Shown: positions 59,182-64,000 of the stretch, piece after piece
Numbering within the stretch: position 1 is the first letter of the stretch
Layout: each line of letters starts with the position of its first letter
The notes under the pieces: model-generated
What the model was told of the DNA's origin: nothing
What the model saw: the letters and a program-made list of their open reading frames with translations, nothing else
The model's database searches: none
Program-made: the position numbers and the translations under genes
Assembly: GCA_040437565.1 (NCBI GenBank)
Contig: JBDOQK010000047.1
Span: 1 to 64,000, forward strand
Direction of reading: 5' to 3'
Source: Albugo candida
Lineage: Eukaryota
DNA: 64,000 nt

Positions 59182-60776
59182 ATGAGTACAAGTTTCAACG
59201 AAATGACCGGCGTCGAAATCGAAATGAATCCGGTCGAGAAGCCAGAAAAACGACAGGATATATGGTTTCTGAAGGACAGTCCCGAGAAAAGCTCCCATTT
59301 GGGCTTTTCTCTCTCACAATTTACAAACTCTTTATTCAAATATGACCGTTTGCCTGCCGATAAGAATGTGCCATCAAATGGAAACAGTGTGCGATCGAAT
59401 AAGTACGAATGGGCCGATGGAATTAGGGGAATTGCAGCTTTCATCGTTCTCATTCACCACATCCAATGCGCTTTTTTCGGAGAGAGCGCTAATTCACACG
59501 TAAGATATCGATTTCCTTTAATGTACACTTTCTCATATGTATCGTGCAGCCTGGCCCCATTTATCTTTTGCCTCTCGAGCTTTTGACGCGAGGACCACAG
59601 GCAGTGCATGTGTTTTTCGTCTTATCAGGATTTGTGCTCTCGGTCTCTTTTCTGGGCAAAATTCATTCTGCAGAAACAATATCGAAATGTCCTGACGAAG
59701 AAGAAGCACAAAGTCAAAGGATGAAAGACATACATTACAGTGGCTTTCTATCGATTTCCTCAACATCATTCCGTCGATTTGCAAGATTATTTGTACCGTG
59801 TTTTATCAGTGGATGGATCGCATTTCTGTCTACAGAGATATTGAACACTCATGTCGACTGTGAAAAGTTATTTGCTTCTGGTATGCTTAAAGATACAAAC
59901 TGGCTGAAACGTGTGTGTCTTGCTAAGGCGCCAGACTCGGAGAGCACTATGGTATGGAGGTTTATCCAGATCGTTTTCATCAAAGTTTGGGATGGTGGGT
60001 CCGACAACCCTTACAATAAAGTCATGTGGACAATGCACATCGAGCTGGCCGGCTCAGCAGTTGTGATGTTCACGTTACTCATGATTGCCAATATTCGATG
60101 GCGGTATCGAACAACTGTGCTCGTTGCTGCATGTATGTTCACTTTCAATGCGAGTGCTGTTGGCACAACTAGATATTTCTCGTCATTCTTCAGCGGGATG
60201 CTGATGGCCCAGCTCCTTACATATCCGCCACTTGTGGATTTCTCGCTAAAGGCATGGAGATCGAACTGGATGGGGCTTGAACGGCTCGGACTTGAACGGC
60301 TCGGACTTGTACTTCAAGGTGCCTTTACCGTTTTGAGTGTGTATCTATTATCAATGCCGTCCGGGACGAGCGATCACCATAGCCATTATTTTTGGATCTC
60401 CAAAGTTTTGAAACCGTTTGGTCTAGAAGTTGTCAAATCTGGGAATCGCATTGGGGCTTTCATGTTGATGCTCGCGTTGGGTTTCTCTCCCCGGATGCAA
60501 AAATTCTTCAAGTACCAAGTCTTTCGCTTTTTGGGACGGATCTCGTTTCTATTGTACCTGCTCCATTTTGAGATTCTCATGTCGGTTGCAGTTCCTGTGG
60601 CGTATAATTTGGCCATTCAGAATATATTATCATACGGGCAAGCCAGATACGTCGCAGGTGTTGTGTGTGTGTTATTGTCACTCGCCGTGGGATACCTTGC
60701 AACTGTTTTGATTGATGAACCTGTCCAGCGCCGACTTCGTCTTTTGGAAAAGAGATTTCAGATTGTAGGTACATGA
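59182..60776 (+). CDS. Membrane-bound acyltransferase family 3 (OafA/YrhL-like O-acyltransferase), one intron
   Basis: WADGIRGIAAFIVLIHH, AVHVFFVLSGFVLS, RRFARLFVP, MWTMHIELAGS and FLGRISFLLYLLH, with about ten hydrophobic segments. The intron lies near 59500-59550. Confidence 0.92.
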
Positions 60777-60880
60777 TCGAACAATTGGACCATCGAATCT
60801 GTAGCTTTATAATACACAAAAGCGGGCTTTTTCTTTATTCGTTGGTGCTACCATTCAGCTCAATCCGAGACTGGGACAAT

Positions 60881-62886
60881 TCACGTAGAAGGGATCGTAT
60901 CAATCGCCTCACATGCGACCAGCTTTTCGACCTCTTCAATGTGACGTGCTGTGGATGCTAGCACCTTGGACACTTTCTCATTCAGATCGGCGACTGGCAC
61001 AAGGTGCTTGACCGCTCTACTAGCGATTATATCATCGATTTTTCCAGCATTCAGATTGCTTGAAATGTGGATTTTTCTCAGCTCGTGCTGTACGACAGCG
61101 TGACGCTTTTGTATGAACAATTGCCGCTGGAGACGTTGCTGTGGTGTTGCGTATGCCCATTGAGCATAATGCAAGGCAGAGGTGATGTATTCTCGCAGTC
61201 GAGGAGACTCCTTTGCAAGCTGTATCGTGCTTGTTACGGACTCACCATTTGGCATCAAACACTTGCAGGTATCAAGATCAGTGTCAAGGCTGAGAATTGC
61301 TCTGTCAGAAAACAATACTCGGACTCGGCCGTCCGCATAGGCTCGGTATCTTCCACTCGAATTCTCACTATCATCAATAAGTCCATGCTGCAGGGTCAAG
61401 ATGCTATAAGCTCAATGGCGGGTGCACAAGAAGTAACTTACTTGTGTACTTGCCGCTTTTCTCACTGCTTTATCCAGCCTCCAGTGAGCGCAAGCGATGT
61501 CCAAAAGTACTTGTGCGTGTCGGCAAATAGGAGGCAAACGAATGCACTTTTCGATCTCGGATTCGTGAACGCTGCGCACGTACAATGGGATCGAGGCAGT
61601 CGTAAATTGTTGGAGTAGCGTTCCGTCTCTCCCGTACATTCGGAAAAAATCGCGTTCAAATTCCAACAGCAAATCGTCCCGCAGATGAAGTGCCTTCCTC
61701 ACAAACAACTTTTAGCGACAACACGGTTGAAAATTGAGGTAAAATGGCTCACGTAGACGCGAATATGTGTGTGTTTGGCTACTGAGAAGTAAGCGACGTG
61801 ATCGCGAACGTCAACGGCCGTCTCGCGTAATATCTTCGAAGCGGATCCATGCGCATACTGTAGCAATCTGGCCGATGAAGGGGTCGATGCAGAGCATTCC
61901 CGAGGCACACAAGCTTCGTTTTGAGGTAGTTCGGATGTAAGGCTGTTGTTATATTCATCAGAATCGCTCACTTCAAAGTCCTTTTTGATCAACTTTTGTA
62001 AAACCTGTACAGGATATTTGAAGCATTCGGGAGTCAGTTCTGTGGGAAATGTCTGTCTCTGTTGCGTTATTCCGACCACTTCGTTGTGAGCTCCAGCAGC
62101 GATTCGAATTTGATAGTACACATCGACTAATTTACCGCCAAACGAGAGGCAAACTCGAGCGTATCCGTCCAGAGACTCCATTTCAAATCGCTGCGAGGCT
62201 TCATTATAAAATGAGGCNNNNNNNNNNNNNNNNNNNNNNNNNNNNNNNNNNNNNNNNNNNNNNNNNNNNNNNNNNNNNNNNNNNNNNNNNNNNNNNNNNN
62301 NNNNNNNNNNNNNNNNNTTGAAGCATTCGGGAGTCAGTTCTGTGGGAAATGTCTGTCTCTGTTGCGTTATTCCGACCACTTCGTTGTGAGCTCCAGCAGC
62401 GATTCGAATTTGATAGTACACATCGACTAATTTACCGCCAAACGAGAGGCAAACTCGAGCGTATCCGTCCAGAGACTCCATTTCAAATCGCTGCGAGGCT
62501 TCATTATAAAATGAGGCGTTTGACGCTTGGATCAGTTTGAGATTTGGCCAACGAGCTCTGAGTGATTTGGAACGTTTGCATTCAAAATACGAGTCGCGGA
62601 TGTTTCGTTTCTGTTGCTGTGTTATGGTCGCAAGATGGCAAAACGGAGCAGTACTTGTTCCAGTTGCCACTACAAATCGGTTTCTTAGGCATAGAGTTTT
62701 TTCTAAGAAAACAGCGTGGGCCGATAATAATGTGCTTGTAAAATGGTGGCAGATTTTCCCGTCAGGGTGTAGTATGGAGTATTTGTGACCAGATGAGCTC
62801 ACATAGAAATCACAAATCCCTTTCTGATCTGCAAAGCGCGCAAGAATTGATGCATCCTCAAGTATCAGACAGTGGTATGGCTCCAT
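60881..62886 (-). CDS. C5orf34-like (DUF4524/DUF4520) protein, multi-exon; gap overlap inside
   Basis: The N-terminal CLILEDASILARF..., the internal SLDGYARVCLS...CFKYPVQVL and the C-terminal GRYRAYADGRVRVLFSDRAILSL resemble the C5orf34 family (from memory). Confidence 0.65.
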
Positions 62887-62937
62887 TGCTTTAAGGTAGG
62901 ACAAGAAGTACCGCTAAAAGTGAGTGGATAGGACCTC

Positions 62938-63342
62938 TCAATGCCACTCGTATACTATCATCGATGACAGCTTGTAAAATGGGTATAAGAAGGGTACTTT
63001 GCCCAGGAAATTTGGTCGCATGTGCATAGGAACTCGAGGAGAGTTTCGAGCCAAACGTGCGAGCATCTGGTATGTCCTTTTACCAGCATCGTACTTGAAG
63101 TAGAAAACATCGGGTTTTAGAAAGCATGTGGGATTCTCCGTCATCGTCTATCTGCCAGATGTGAGACGCACGTGTTGATCGGAAGAGATGGCAACTATCC
63201 ATCGAGTCAATTGTGATAACATGAAGCAATAGTGACAATGAAATGCTACAGCTCGCCTAAATCTCAAGCTCGAGATCTTGAAAAGTATGACTTTGAAATA
63301 ATATTTCCTCTGCATGTACGCATCACGCATATGTTTCGCCAT
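62938..63342 (-). CDS. Small basic hypothetical protein (probably spliced; 5' end uncertain)
   Basis: Exon-like MAKHMRDAYMQRKYYFK|gtcata and ...tag|MTENPTCFLKPDVFYFKYDAGKRTYQMLARL...YEWH*. No family recognised. Confidence 0.4.
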
Positions 63343-63610
63343 TACGTGTAAATAATTAATATCTCAAGTCGCCAATGTGCATACGACTCGACAGACTAAC
63401 GCAAACCTATGTAACGTCTGTCTCCTCTTCGTCTCTGTCATTACGCTGTCGGCTGCTTCGTGATGGAAAGACCATTCCAAATTCTCGAAAATTTTGCATC
63501 ATTTCAATAGAGTCCAAACAAACTGACTGGTAATTAGACAGTGTGCTCGTTGTTTCGTTACGAAGGCACCACAATCAAAAAATCAAGGAATCAGAAAATT
63601 CGTGAGAAGA

Positions 63611-64000
63611 ATGGGTTTGGAAAGCAATCAAATTACTCTGAACGCCATGCATACGACTGTTGTGACAACACGAAAAGATGGAAGTCACACGGATTATGCC
63701 ATTCGAGTTGTATCGAAACGTTCCGGTAAAGAAGAAATTGTCTATCGTCGATTTTCCGCATTCTTACAACTTCAGCAACTTGCTCAACGACTTTTTCATG
63801 AAAAGCGATTCTGCTGTGGTAGCGATGGGAATTGTCTGTTAGTCACGTACTTGGAGGCCATCTTTTATACGATGCAGTTTCCAAAACTACAAGGCACAGT
63901 GTTGGGAAAGAACTCTAAACATGTCGTTCGTGATCGCATTTTTCTACTTAATACATTCTTACTACAGCTGGAAACAGCTCTGAACAAAATCCCACCAGTG
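63611..64000 (+). CDS. PX (phox) domain protein, running off the window end
   Basis: Open frame not listed in the ORF track: MGLESNQITLNAMHTTVVTTRKDGSHTDYAIRVV...IVYRRFSAFLQL...QFPKLQG...VRDRIFLLNTFL. Confidence 0.8.
   Translation, partial: MGLESNQITLNAMHTTVVTTRKDGSHTDYAIRVVSKRSGKEEIVYRRFSAFLQLQQLAQRLFHEKRFCCGSDGNCLLVTYLEAIFYTMQFPKLQGTVLGKNSKHVVRDRIFLLNTFLLQLETALNKIPPV

Overview
Gene-dense eukaryotic sequence with short (~45-60 nt) GT-AG introns and very short intergenic spacers. A DHFR-TS fusion, an R2R3-Myb gene and the domain architectures point to an oomycete; an Albugo-like compact genome is my inference, not something proven here. Positions 1-5.6 kb hold a decayed DDE-type transposase fragment and a full-length but frameshifted Ty1/Copia element with 136-bp LTRs, an AGTCT target-site duplication and a half-tRNA-iMet-type PBS. 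About 20 protein-coding genes follow. They include an ABHD11-like hydrolase, Myb, DHFR-TS, a DENN protein, a PX-EF-hand-DUSP-USP, a DDX21-like helicase, a PH-USP53/54-like-PDZ-UBA protein, a PHD/DDT-like protein, TFIIS, Sec14-GOLD, Sly1, ankyrin-PDZ, an acyltransferase-3, a C5orf34-like gene and a PX protein. The most striking feature is a ~9.4-kb trehalose locus (37.4-46.8 kb). It holds a CBM20-TPS-TPP fusion whose synthase and phosphatase catalytic motifs look degenerate, a non-canonical eIF4E, and two convergent GH37 trehalase paralogues, one with a signal peptide/anchor-like segment. The assembly has sixteen 100-N gaps. Thirteen are flanked by direct duplications that look like unmerged contig overlaps, so several apparent gene duplications are probably artefacts. 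All family assignments come from motif recognition; no database search was run.
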